A stretch of 64,000 bases of DNA from Dehalococcoidia bacterium (lineage in GTDB: Bacteria; Chloroflexota; Dehalococcoidia; Lucifugimonadales; QGNO01), in NCBI GenBank assembly GCA_034422935.1, contig DAOUJH010000010.1, positions 193,055 through 257,054 on the forward strand. Reading direction: 5' to 3'. The position numbers and the translations under genes are program-made. Positions 19,171 through 29,600 of this stretch are shown piece after piece (position 1 is the first letter of the stretch; each line of letters opens with the position of its first letter). The notes beneath the pieces are model-generated. The model worked only from the letters and a program-made list of their open reading frames with translations, searched no databases and was not told the origin of the DNA.

Positions 19171-20427
19171 TCATTCCCACTGGAACTCTCGAGTCCCTAT
19201 TCTCACCGTATCTCCGTTTCTGACGCCCGCTTCCTCCAGGGCGCGGAGCACGCCAAGCCTGGCTAGTTCCTCCCTCAGTTGGAGCCTCACTTTGAACTGT
19301 CGCATGTCCGGTAGGACCACTAGGCGCTCCGCTGGCGGCGATGATACCACAAATACACCGCCGTCCTTCACGACAGAGGGGCGCCCTGTCCTTGAACTGG
19401 GGGCCACCAAGGGAAGGCCTTCCGGATGGCGTCTTGGCACCACGGGCGCCTGTGTCAGAAGCTTATGTAATCCCGCCTTGAGGTCATAGATGCCCTCACC
19501 CGACTGTCCGGAGACAAAGTAGCGGGCCATCCCGTATGAGGCAAGCTTCTTTCTCAACGCCGGCACTTCCTGTGCCACTTCCGGGAGGTCTGTTCCGCTG
19601 ACAACGACTACGTAGGGCCGCTCCAGCATGCGCGGATCGTGGATAGCAACCTCGTCGCGGAGGTCTTTGAGGTCATCGATTACATCCGCACTCCGCCCAT
19701 CCAAGAGGTACAGGTGGAGGCGTGGTCGCCAAAGGTGACGAAGAAAACCGTTGCCCAGACCCTGACCCTGGCTAGCCCCGCGGAGAAGGCCGGGCAACTC
19801 AAGGATAGAAAACGCATCCCAGTTGTGCTCAGCCACTCCAATGATCGGTTCTCTCGTGGTGAACGGATACTCAGCCACTTCAGGCGCAGCACTGGTCATT
19901 GACTTCAAAAGGGCTGACTTTCCAGAACTTGGTTTACCTATGACGGCAATATCCGCTATAGCCTGCAACTCTAGGACGTACTCTCTTTGCTCCCCTCTCT
20001 CCCCCGTCTCAGCAATGAGGGGCGTCTTATTGGTAGACGACGCAAAATGGACGTTCCCACGACCACCCAATCCACCTCGTGCAGCGAGCAACTCCTCACC
20101 AGGTTGGAGCAACTCCCCTTTATAGGAGGGTCCATCGTGCAGATCCCAGACGGTCGTACCTAAGGGAACCTCTACTCTAGAAACTCCGCCCGACTTGCCC
20201 GTCCTCTTTCCTCCCAGTCCATCCGAGCCAGCCTGGCCCCTAAGTATCTTAGGTAAGTTCCGGCTATACTCACGGAGCGCTGCCGATGCGACAAAGTAAA
20301 CGTCAGCCCCGGAGCCGCCATCACCCCCATCAGGACCACCATATGGGAGATACCGAACACGTGACAAACTGATGCATCCGTGTCCTCCGCGGCCACCAAA
20401 GATTGTTAGTGATATAAAGTCATTCAT
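19171..20427 (-). CDS. obg: GTPase Obg/CgtA
   Basis: Gly-rich Obg fold (GGRGGHGC...GGPDGGDGGSGADVYF), G1 motif GKPSSGKS, and a C-terminal OCT-like domain. Confidence 0.9.
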   Translation of the reverse strand: MNDFISLTIFGGRGGHGCISLSRVRYLPYGGPDGGDGGSGADVYFVASAALREYSRNLPKILRGQAGSDGLGGKRTGKSGGVSRVEVPLGTTVWDLHDGPSYKGELLQPGEELLAARGGLGGRGNVHFASSTNKTPLIAETGERGEQREYVLELQAIADIAVIGKPSSGKSALLKSMTSAAPEVAEYPFTTREPIIGVAEHNWDAFSILELPGLLRGASQGQGLGNGFLRHLWRPRLHLYLLDGRSADVIDDLKDLRDEVAIHDPRMLERPYVVVVSGTDLPEVAQEVPALRKKLASYGMARYFVSGQSGEGIYDLKAGLHKLLTQAPVVPRRHPEGLPLVAPSSRTGRPSVVKDGGVFVVSSPPAERLVVLPDMRQFKVRLQLREELARLGVLRALEEAGVRNGDTVRIGTREFQWE

Positions 20428-20535
20428 AAATAAACCAAGTCTTTATAGATGTTTAATACATAATAGTAAAGAGACCTCAATATATTGATGCAGCTTTTGG
20501 GAATGATGGGAAATGCAAACATGTTAATGAGGTTC

Positions 20536-21960
20536 TTAGGAGGAATTTGCTAGGGAATCCTTGGGGAATAGCCTAGTTAGTTGGGTATTGTCGACAATAC
20601 CCAACTTGCTCTTTATAGACGCAACGTCATTGGCTGTTGAGGAGTCCGATGAAATTGCTTCGTTGACATGTCGGATCGAGTTCCGTACGGTCTTTGGATT
20701 CCAATTCCCCATAAGGGATGCTATTTCCCGTATTGGTTTCTTGATTATCGAGTCTAAGAGGAACATGGCGACTCGTTGGGGATATGTCGTTTTTCTATCA
20801 CGTGTTCGTGTGCACAGTAGTTTGCTTGGCACCTGGTAGTAGGAGGCAACGGACTCTAGGACGTTGTCAGGGCTTAGCTTTTGCCCTTGGTCGGCCGATG
20901 GCATACCCGAGAGGGCCATATCAATGAGATCATTCGATATGGGGGATCCAAAGAACTGTGACAATGCGATGATGCGGTTGAGGCAACCCTCTAGACTACG
21001 TATGCCGTTTGGTGCGCGCTTTGCTATCTTAAACGCCACCTCTTCCGTGATTGGCGCGTTCTGAGACTGAGCTTTGTGGATTAGTATGGCGACGCGGGTT
21101 TCTAGATCGGGTTCTTGAATGTCAGCGATGAGGCCCCACTCAAACCGGGAGCGCAGCCTGTCTTCCAACAGCGAGACCGACGTGGGCGGTTGATCGCATG
21201 CGACGACGATTTGCCGGTTGGCGTTGTGCAGGTCGTTGAAGGTATGGAACAGCCCCTCCTGGGTCTGCTCCTTGCCGGAAAGGAACTGGACGTCGTCGAG
21301 GAGGAGGAACTCTGCGCTGCGATACTTGGCGCGGAATTCCTCCGTTCGCCGCTGCCGTATGGACTGGACGAAGTCGTTGGTGAACTGCTCGGTGGTGACG
21401 TATAGAGGGGTGACGCCCTGTTCAGAGACGGAGGAGGCGATGGCGTGCAGAAGGTGTGTTTTGCCTAGCCCGACCCCTGCGTAGATGAAGAGGGGGTTGT
21501 ATTGGATCCCCGGTTTGTCGGCTACGGCGCGGGCTGCAGCGTAGGCAAGATGGTTGGAAACTCCCGTGATGAAGTTGTTGAAGGTGTAACGCCCGTTGCC
21601 GTTGTAGTTGCGCACGGGGCCATAGGGTGCTGGAAGCGAGTTTTCTACGGGCTGCACCGGGAGGGGAGCGTCCGTTGCGCCGTCCTCCGCTGGATCGCTC
21701 TTGAAGTGTGGAGAGACAACCTTAATAGCTACGCGGATAGGCCGGCCTGCCACGCCAGACACCACGTCTTCTATAACCTGGTGCATACGTCGTCCCAACC
21801 ACTCTGAGGCGAAGGTAGTGGGGGTGCCAATAGACAGCAGATCGCCATCTATGGAAAGCCCCATGGTGCCCTTCAACCAGGTCTCATAGCTGGGACGGGG
21901 GACCTCAAGTTGCAGTTGCCCCAGGGAGGCAGACCATAGTTTTTGAGCAGGATTAGTCAT
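20536..21960 (-). CDS. dnaA: Chromosomal replication initiator protein DnaA
   Basis: AAA+ Walker A GVGLGKTHLL, Walker B LLLDDVQF, and a C-terminal DnaA-box binding domain. The ORF is open to a TTG at 22059, but the ATG at 21960 (MTNPAQKLWSASLGQL...) matches the usual DnaA N-terminus. Confidence 0.9.
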   Translation of the reverse strand: MTNPAQKLWSASLGQLQLEVPRPSYETWLKGTMGLSIDGDLLSIGTPTTFASEWLGRRMHQVIEDVVSGVAGRPIRVAIKVVSPHFKSDPAEDGATDAPLPVQPVENSLPAPYGPVRNYNGNGRYTFNNFITGVSNHLAYAAARAVADKPGIQYNPLFIYAGVGLGKTHLLHAIASSVSEQGVTPLYVTTEQFTNDFVQSIRQRRTEEFRAKYRSAEFLLLDDVQFLSGKEQTQEGLFHTFNDLHNANRQIVVACDQPPTSVSLLEDRLRSRFEWGLIADIQEPDLETRVAILIHKAQSQNAPITEEVAFKIAKRAPNGIRSLEGCLNRIIALSQFFGSPISNDLIDMALSGMPSADQGQKLSPDNVLESVASYYQVPSKLLCTRTRDRKTTYPQRVAMFLLDSIIKKPIREIASLMGNWNPKTVRNSIRHVNEAISSDSSTANDVASIKSKLGIVDNTQLTRLFPKDSLANSS

Positions 21961-22159
21961 AAAATTAAAGATAAGCCGGATTTCAGGGTCGGCAAGAACA
22001 TCCATGAAAATGGACGCGATGAGCGAAAAGATATCATTGTCCATTACTTGAGAGTTCAAGTAGTGGAATTTCGAAATTTCGTAGAGTTTTCCCGATTCTT
22101 TACCGGTATGTGAAAAACGGGCAACGGTCAGGACAAGGAGCTTGTAGTATCCTCTGGTT

Positions 22160-23116
22160 ATGAGACTGGTGTTTATGGGAACCCCGGATTTTGCGGTGCC
22201 CGTTTTGGACGCGCTTTGCTCCAGCGGACATGACGTAGCGGCGGTCTACACCCGGCCCGACCGTCCCGCGGGTAGAGGCCGCCAGCTTAGTTCTCCCCCG
22301 GTCAAGGTGTATGCAGAGCAGCACAGCATACCGGTCGTTCAACCGGCCAGTCTGAGACAGGAGCGGACCATTGAAACCCTTGTGTCTCTGAAGCCACAAG
22401 CGATGGTGGTGGCTGCTTATGGAAGGATTCTGCCTCCTGAGATGTTGAGAGTACCCCCCTTTGGTGTGTTGAACATCCACCCGTCGTTGCTTCCCAAGTA
22501 CAGAGGGCCATCGCCGGTGACGCAGGCCATCCTAGATGGCGAATCGAAGGTGGGGGTAACGGTCATGTTGCTGGATGAAGGAATGGATACAGGCCCCATT
22601 CTGGCGCAGAAAGAGACGAATGTTTTCCCCGAAGAGGCGGCGGACCAGCTAACGCGAAGACTGTTCGCATTGGGCGGCGAGCTGCTAGCAGAAGTATTGC
22701 CTGCATGGGAGACCGGGGAGATCGAGCCCGTAGCGCAGAACGAAGAAGAAGCGAGTGTTACCCGGCTGCGCAACAGAAAGGACGGTAAACTCGACTGGTC
22801 GCTGCCGGCGGAGTATCTGGCGCGGCAGTTGCGAGCCCTCCATCCCTGGCCGGGTTGCTTTACGTACTGGGAAGGCCGGTTGCTCAAGGTGATCAGGAGC
22901 CGGGCGTTGGAAGAGGATGCTGTTGGCGCTGTAAAAGGGCAGGTGGTAGCACCCGGCAAAGCCGGAGGATACACTGCGGGAGTGGCAACCGGTAAAGGCG
23001 TGCTGGTTCTGGATGAAGTCCAGTTGGAAGGAAGAAGGCCTCAGCCTATGGGAGAGTTCCTCAAGGGGCAACCGAACTTTCAAGGAGCAGTGCTCAGTAG
23101 CTTGTCAAGGGAGTAA
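22160..23116 (+). CDS. fmt: Methionyl-tRNA formyltransferase
   Basis: MRLVFMGTPDFAVPVL... and NIHPSLLPKYRG motifs. Confidence 0.9.
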   Translation: MRLVFMGTPDFAVPVLDALCSSGHDVAAVYTRPDRPAGRGRQLSSPPVKVYAEQHSIPVVQPASLRQERTIETLVSLKPQAMVVAAYGRILPPEMLRVPPFGVLNIHPSLLPKYRGPSPVTQAILDGESKVGVTVMLLDEGMDTGPILAQKETNVFPEEAADQLTRRLFALGGELLAEVLPAWETGEIEPVAQNEEEASVTRLRNRKDGKLDWSLPAEYLARQLRALHPWPGCFTYWEGRLLKVIRSRALEEDAVGAVKGQVVAPGKAGGYTAGVATGKGVLVLDEVQLEGRRPQPMGEFLKGQPNFQGAVLSSLSRE

Positions 23117-23142
23117 GGCCACTCCGTGGGAATGATGCGGCT

Positions 23143-23787
23143 TCAGCCGGTCTCTTCTTCGGGCTCAGTCCCTGGTCCGCCTCCGACAAGCCCCACTTCG
23201 GCGGGCGCCTCCACTTCTTCGACGGCCGCAGACTGAGCATTGACGCGCGCCACGAGTTCCTCAGGGTCGTTGAGGACGGTCACTTTGTCGCCAAGGCTTA
23301 TGTCCGAGACGTGGATGCCGCGTTCGAAGTCCTCAAGAGAGGATACGTCAATCTCTACGAACTGAGGCACGTCCAGGGGGAAGCTTTCCACCTGCAGGGA
23401 TTGCAAGGCTTGGTTGAGCACGCCGTCCATCAGCCGAACGGCAGGGGCTTCTCCTACGAGATACACTGGAACTTCCGAGCGAATAGTCTCCGTCAGAGGC
23501 ACCTCCAGGAAGTCGACGTGGAGGATGTCCTCCGTTAGGGGGTGCCGCTGCACTTCTCTAACAAAGGCAAAGTGAGAGCCCCCTTCTTCTTTGACCGTGA
23601 CGGGGATGTTGCTCCCCGCCTGCGCCACTATCTTTCGGAGGGTTGCAGTATCGGCCTGGAGTGCGGCCGGCTCTATTCCCCGCCCGTATACGTGAATAGG
23701 GGTCAAACCGAGCAGCCTCAGCTCCTTGACCTTCTTCCCTTTCACGCTACGCGGTTCTGCTTCCAGGGCAAGCGACTCCGTGGTCAT
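23143..23787 (-). CDS. rplY: 50S ribosomal protein L25 (Ctc form)
   Basis: 214 aa; an L25/Ctc-like N-terminal domain (...R...GKKVKELRLLGLTPIHVYG) plus an acidic C-terminal extension. Confidence 0.8.
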   Translation of the reverse strand: MTTESLALEAEPRSVKGKKVKELRLLGLTPIHVYGRGIEPAALQADTATLRKIVAQAGSNIPVTVKEEGGSHFAFVREVQRHPLTEDILHVDFLEVPLTETIRSEVPVYLVGEAPAVRLMDGVLNQALQSLQVESFPLDVPQFVEIDVSSLEDFERGIHVSDISLGDKVTVLNDPEELVARVNAQSAAVEEVEAPAEVGLVGGGPGTEPEEETG

Positions 23788-23859
23788 GAATTGATGGTCT
23801 CCTTATAACGGCTTAGAGACGCGGCTAGGCGTCTCAAGGACGTTACTATACCATTCAAT

Positions 23860-23889
23860 TTGCTACCCCACAAGCTTGCGTGCTATAAT
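23860..23889 (+). promoter_or_regulatory. Sigma70-type promoter with extended -10 for the Rrf2 regulator gene
   Basis: TTGCTA (23860-23865), an 18-nt spacer, then TGcTATAAT (23881-23889). The RBS GGAGGTGA precedes the ATG at 23926. Confidence 0.6.
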
Positions 23890-23925
23890 CCGCAAGTACG
23901 GCTAGCCTGTGGAGGTGAGGACAGG

Positions 23926-24363
23926 ATGAGGGTACCAATGAAGGTGGACTACGGGGTACGGGCCCTGGTGGAGCTAGCCCAGCACGGCGAAAACGGACCG
24001 TTGCCAACAGCCGAAATAGCTGGTCGCCAGGACATACCAGAGTCATATCTCGATCAAGTCCTATCGGTTCTCCAAAAGTTTGGTATGATTCGGAGCCGGA
24101 GAGGCCCCCAGGGGGGGCATACTCTGGCCAGAGACCCGGGTGAAATCAACCTGGGAATGGTGGTGGATACACTAGAAGGGACGGGAGCTCCGCTTGTGTG
24201 CATTGAGCATCCATCTGAATGTACGCTTTCTAGCGCCTGTGCTCAACGTGAAGTCTGGCAGACTGTGGAGTCGACGGTTCGTAACGTACTAGGCACGACA
24301 ACCATTGCCGACCTGGCAAGCCGCCAGCAATCGATGGCAAGTCGCGGCATGTACTACATCTAG
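23926..24363 (+). CDS. Rrf2 family transcriptional regulator
   Basis: MRVPMKVDYGVRALVELA... winged-helix N-terminus typical of Rrf2/IscR/CymR, plus Cys residues (C..C.....C) in the C-terminal half. The ATG at 23926 is preferred over the TTG at 23860. Confidence 0.85.
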   Translation: MRVPMKVDYGVRALVELAQHGENGPLPTAEIAGRQDIPESYLDQVLSVLQKFGMIRSRRGPQGGHTLARDPGEINLGMVVDTLEGTGAPLVCIEHPSECTLSSACAQREVWQTVESTVRNVLGTTTIADLASRQQSMASRGMYYI

Positions 24364-24381
24364 GCTCGTCAAGTGTTCGCG

Positions 24382-24437
24382 AAGCCCTGAACCGTCGTTT
24401 GGTCTAGCGACTGAGCGTATGAGTTCAGGGCTTTTTG
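24382..24437 (+). terminator. Rho-independent terminator candidate after the Rrf2 gene
   Basis: AAGCCCTGAAC (24382-24392) pairs with GTTCAGGGCTT (24423-24433) and is followed by TTTG. The loop is long (30 nt). Confidence 0.5.
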
Positions 24438-24515
24438 CGTCTTGAACGGGGATGGACCTGGATGACCGGTTTGATGATGGAGTCTAAGTTCGAAATTTGC
24501 TGCAGGGGGTAGGCA

Positions 24516-25361
24516 GTGACGCAGACAACAGAGGCAAGAGTGTTTACGCCGGAACAGGCGAGACGTTACAGCAGGCATATTATAATGCCTCAGATAGGTG
24601 GCAAGGGCCAGCGCAGGTTGCTGGACGCCAAGGTATTGTTGATTGGTGCCGGGGGGCTGGGTTCGCCCGCCGCCCTGTACCTGGCGGCGGCAGGCGTGGG
24701 GACGCTGGGCATTGTAGACTTCGACGAGGTTGATCTGACCAACCTGCAGAGGCAACTGCTTCACCGCACCAACGATGTGGGCAGACTGAAGGTAGACTCC
24801 GCGGAGGAGATGATCAACAGCCTCAATCCGGACGTTAACGTGGTAAAGCACCGTATACAGCTCTCGTCGGAGAACGCCCTGGACGTGCTTGCGGATTACG
24901 ACATCATTGTGGACGGCAGCGACAACTTCCCCACGCGATACCTGGTCAACGACGCGACAGTGATGCTGGGGAAGCCGTGCGTACACGGCAGCATTTTCCT
25001 GTTCGAAGGGCAAGCATCGACGTTTGTGCCCGGCCACGGCTGCTACCGCTGCTTGTACCCGACGCCTCCTCCCCCCGGAATGGTGCCTAGTTGCGCCGAA
25101 GCCGGTGTGCTTGGCGTGTTGCCCGGGATCATCGGCTCCATTCAGGCGGTGGAGACTATAAAGCTGGTCCTAGACCTAGGCGATACCTTGACGGGCAGGC
25201 TGCTCCTGTTCGACGCTCTGGATATGAACTTCCGCACAGTGAGGGTGCCCCGCAACAGGGAGTGCCCGGTCTGCGGCGACAAACCGACGGTAACCGAGCT
25301 CATTGATTACGAGCAGTTCTGCGGCATACCGCACCTACAGGAGGCCGCACCCGCCCATTAG
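24516..25361 (+). CDS. ThiF/MoeB-type E1-like adenylyltransferase (sulfur-carrier protein activating enzyme), no rhodanese domain
   Basis: RYSRHI...LIGAGGLGSPAALYLAAAGVG nucleotide-binding motif and two CxxC pairs (CYRC, CPVC). Confidence 0.85.
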   Translation: MTQTTEARVFTPEQARRYSRHIIMPQIGGKGQRRLLDAKVLLIGAGGLGSPAALYLAAAGVGTLGIVDFDEVDLTNLQRQLLHRTNDVGRLKVDSAEEMINSLNPDVNVVKHRIQLSSENALDVLADYDIIVDGSDNFPTRYLVNDATVMLGKPCVHGSIFLFEGQASTFVPGHGCYRCLYPTPPPPGMVPSCAEAGVLGVLPGIIGSIQAVETIKLVLDLGDTLTGRLLLFDALDMNFRTVRVPRNRECPVCGDKPTVTELIDYEQFCGIPHLQEAAPAH

Positions 25362-25385
25362 GCCTGTAGCTGACGGCGGCCTGCT

Positions 25386-26375
25386 ATGCAGACCAGGATA
25401 ACCAGGGAAAACAAGCTTCAAGAGGTCAGTTCTAAGGCGGGAAGCCGGAGCGGGATACTAGCCGCTATAGGCAATACGCCGCTGGTGGAGTTGCCGCACC
25501 TTTCGCCCAAGCCTGGCGTACGCCTGTTTGCCAAACTGGAAGGCTCCAATCCCACGGGCAGCGTAAAGGATAGGATTGCCCTTACCATGGTGGAGCAGGC
25601 AGAGACCGATGGCATGCTTACGCCCGATAAGGTGATACTAGAGCCCACCAGCGGCAACACGGGCATCGCACTGGCCATGGTTGGCTCGGTGAAGGGGTAC
25701 AGCGTAGAGGTGGTGATGCCGGAGAACGTGAGCCAGGAGCGCGTGCAGCTCTTGGAGGCGTTCGGAGTCAAGATCCACTTCTCGGACGGAAGCCTAGGCA
25801 CCAACGGCTCCATCCCGGTGGCCCGCAAGATGGCTGAGGAGGACGACCGGTACTTCATGCCGTATCAGTACGGCAACAAAGCCAATCCTCAAGCCCACTA
25901 TGAAAATACGGGCAAGGAGATAACGGATTTCCTGCCCAACGTGGACATGTTCGTGGCAGGTCTAGGCACCGGGGGCACGCTGACCGGCACGGGTCGCTGG
26001 CTCAAGGAGCACAACGAGGATATCAAGGTGGTGGCTGCGGTTCCTGAACCGAACGATGCTATTCAAGGGCTGCGCAGCTTGGAAGAAGGGTTCATTCCGC
26101 CGGTGCTTGATGAATCGTTGCTGGACGCTCGCATTCTGGTGCCCAGCGATGAGGCGTTCAAGATGACCAAAGAGCTTCTCCATGGCGAAGGTGTGTTCGC
26201 CGGCGTCTCCTCGGGGGCGGTCATTGCCGCCGCACTGAAAGTAGCCAGCAGGCTGGATGAGGCTGACATCGTCTGCTTGCTGGCGGATGGTGGGTGGAAG
26301 TACCTGAGCACCGGGCTCTGGACCAAAGAGTACGACGATCTGCGGATGGAAGTGGAAGGGAAGGTGTGGTGGTGA
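25386..26375 (+). CDS. PLP-dependent cysteine synthase (CysK/CysM family)
   Basis: GNTPLVEL...NPTGSVKDRIAL (PLP-Lys) ...TSGNTGIALA motifs. Confidence 0.85.
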   Translation: MQTRITRENKLQEVSSKAGSRSGILAAIGNTPLVELPHLSPKPGVRLFAKLEGSNPTGSVKDRIALTMVEQAETDGMLTPDKVILEPTSGNTGIALAMVGSVKGYSVEVVMPENVSQERVQLLEAFGVKIHFSDGSLGTNGSIPVARKMAEEDDRYFMPYQYGNKANPQAHYENTGKEITDFLPNVDMFVAGLGTGGTLTGTGRWLKEHNEDIKVVAAVPEPNDAIQGLRSLEEGFIPPVLDESLLDARILVPSDEAFKMTKELLHGEGVFAGVSSGAVIAAALKVASRLDEADIVCLLADGGWKYLSTGLWTKEYDDLRMEVEGKVWW

Positions 26376-26683
26376 GGCGCGAGAGCGGCGCCAACCGCGA
26401 CTAACAATCCAAGCCGGGTGTTCACCAGTGAAACCGCCTTGGTTCCTTCATTCCCGTTCTTGCTCTTATAAGAAACGGTTCCCTTCATAATTTGGGCCAA
26501 AAGAGACGCATATTTCGGTGAAATGGCCTGTCTGATTGAAAAAGTAATCACAAAGTATTTGACTAAGAATTCACAATCGGATTAAACTTGCCCTTTCCTA
26601 AAGAAGCACACACCGTGAAGGAGCTATTGGTTAACGGATTGCGAGATCAAGCGCTACCTGCCGGTGATTTGAGGAATACTTTG

Positions 26684-29600
26684 ATGAAAGAAGACAGGCC
26701 GGGAGGATTGTACCGCCCCGAATTTGAGCATGACGCCTGCGGCGTGGGTGTCATCGCCGACATAAAAGGTCGCAAGTCGCACCAGATTGTCGATCAGGGA
26801 GTGGACTTGCTGCGGCATCTGGCGCACCGCGGCGCTCAGGGCAGCGACCCGGATACGGGCGACGGGGCGGGAATACTTCTCCAGACGCCGCACGCATTCT
26901 TTGTCCATGAGAGCGGCGTGGATCTTCCGCAACGGGGTGAATACGGAGTGGGTATGGCCTTCTTGCCGCAAGACCAGGTGGAGCGCGCTCGCTGCGAGAA
27001 GATCATAGAAGGAGTGGTTCAAGAGGAAGGTCAGCGGTTCCTGGGATGGCGGGACGTCCCTGTGGACGAAAGCCGCATTGGCAAGACGGCAAGGGTGGTG
27101 CGTCCCACCATACGGCAGTTCTTTGTGGGGCGGGGATCCAAAGCGCTTGATCAGGCCTCCTTGGAACGGAAGCTATACGTCATACGCAAAGTTATAGAGA
27201 ACCGGGTAGCTGCTTCCGGTATGAAGGAAGCGGATGCCTTCTACATCTCCAGCCTCTCGTCCAACACGGTGGTTTACAAGGGGCTGCTCACCGGCACGCA
27301 GTTGGAGCACTTCTACCTGGATCTGAAGAGCCCCCACATGGAGTCCGGGTTTGCTATGGTGCACTCCAGGTTCAGCACAAACACGCTGGGCTCATGGAAG
27401 CTGGCGCATCCGTACCGTTACATATCGCACAATGGAGAAATCAACACTCTGAGGGGCAACATCAACTGGATGACTGCCCGCGAAGCCCTGTTGTCTTCAC
27501 CCCTGTTTGGTGATGATGTGGAGAAGCTATTCCCAATTATTACGCCCCGAGCCAGCGATACGGCCAACTTCGATAACGCTCTCGAGTTGTTGGTGCTGGG
27601 CGGCAGAACTCTGTCCCATTCTATGATGATGATGATTCCGGAGGCATGGAACGGCAACAGGTTCATTTCAACGGAGAAGCGGGCTTTTTACGAATACCAT
27701 GCCAACCTGATGGAGCCCTGGGACGGCCCCGCGCTCATAGCTTTCACCGATGGAACAAGGATAGGCGCCAACCTGGATCGCAACGGCCTGCGGCCTTTCC
27801 GCTATACCGTGACCAAGGACAATCTGCTGATCATGGCCTCCGAAACAGGCGTGTTGGAGGTGCCGCCAGAAAACGTGCAGTACAAGGGGCGCCTGCGACC
27901 GGGCCGGATGTTCCTCTTGGACACGGAGCAGGGGCGAATCATAGACGATGAGGAGATCAAGTCGGAGGTTGCTACAAGGCAGCCGTACGGTGAATGGATC
28001 GGGGAAAACATGGTGCGGCTTGAGGACCTGCCTGAAGGGACAATGGAGCCGCCCGCGGAACGCTCGTCAATGGTGGAAAGACAGGCGGCGTTTGGTTACA
28101 CCCTGGAAGAGCTCAGAATGCTGGTGCAGCCTATGTCTGAGACGGGGTCGGAGCCTGTGGGCTCCATGGGCAACGATACGCCGCTAGCTGTGCTTTCGGA
28201 CAGGCCGCAGCTGCTGTTCAACTACTTCAAGCAGCTGTTTGCCCAGGTGACTAACCCGCCGTTGGACGCAATACGCGAAGAGATAGTCACCTCTCTGGAG
28301 ATATGGCTTGGCTCTGAGGGCAATCTCCTCGAAGAAACGCCTGAACAGGCCCGTCAACTGAAGCTGCCCCATCCCGTGATAACCAATGAAGAGTTGGAGC
28401 GAATAAGGCAAAATCAGGTCCCTTATCTCAAAACGAAGACCCTGTCCGCCCTGTTCAACGCCGGCGAAGGGCCGGGAGCCATGGAAAGGGCCTTGGAGGA
28501 GCTGCTGAGAGAGGCGTCCCAGGCGGTAAAGTCGGGGCATACCATTCTGGTGCTGTCGGATAGGAGCGTGGATGCTGAGCACGCTCCCATACCCAGCTTA
28601 CTGGCAACCTCCGCGGTGCATCATCACCTGATAAGGGAGGGGCTGCGTATGAAGGTTGGCCTCGTTGTGGAGTCGGGTGAGCCGCGGGAAGTGCAGCATT
28701 TTGCCCTGCTCATCGGCTACGGGGCGGGAGCCGTGAACCCGTACTTGACCTTTGAATCGCTGGCCGACATGGTTGCAGAGGGAGACCTACTTCCTGAAGG
28801 CTTGGACTACGATACGGTCCAGAAGAACTTCATCAAAGCGGTGCACAAGGGCCTGCTCAAAGTTGCTTCCAAGATGGGCATTTCCACCATACAAAGCTAT
28901 CGGGGCGCCCAGATCTTTGAAGCGGTGGGCTTGAATCAAGAGACTATTGACAAGTACTTCACCTGGACGCCGTCCCGCATCAGCGGGATTGGCATAGATG
29001 TCCTCGAAGAGGAGAGCCTGAGCCGGCATAGCAGGGCATACGGCGAATCGAAACTGGCCGCCGTGCTGGACTTGGAGGTGGGCGGCGTCTATCAGTGGCG
29101 GAGGGACGGCGAGTTTCACATGTGGAACCCCAACGCCATAGCCTTATTGCAGCATGCCGCCAAGACGGGCGACGTCGGTGTTTACAGGCGGTTTGCTGAA
29201 CTGGCAGACGAATACGATAAGCGGTTGTGCACGTTGCGGGGGCTCCTGGAGTTCAGGACGGCGGAAGAGCCGATCTCTCTTGATGAGGTGGAGCCTGCCA
29301 GCCGCATAGTGAGTCGCTTTGCCACGGGAGCCATCTCTCTGGGCGCTATCAGCAGGGAGGCCCACGAGACCCTGGCCATAGCTATGAACCGTATAGGCGC
29401 CAAGAGCAATACCGGTGAGGGCGGAGAAGACTACCGCCGCTTTACTCCAGATTCCAACGGCGACTCGCGGAGCAGCGCTGTCAAGCAGGTGGCTTCCGGG
29501 CGGTTTGGCGTCACCACCAACTATTTGGTGAACGCTGACGACTTGCAGATCAAAATGGCGCAAGGCTCCAAGCCTGGAGAGGGGGGGCAACTCCCCGGCC

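Noticed and set aside
21961-22159. Definite oriC call with DnaA boxes
   Set aside because: I found no perfect or 8/9 TTATCCACA boxes by eye, only 6-7/9 matches. It is kept as a low-confidence candidate in the findings, not as an annotated feature.
24485-24505. tRNA-like T-loop sequence (AAGTTCGAAAT)
   Set aside because: The flanks give no acceptor-stem, D-arm or anticodon-arm pairing. It is an isolated match in the leader of the E1-like gene.
26063-26551. 162-aa minus-strand ORF reaching into the gltB leader
   Set aside because: Most of it is antisense to the cysteine synthase gene. The non-overlapping N-terminal part has no RBS or recognisable features.
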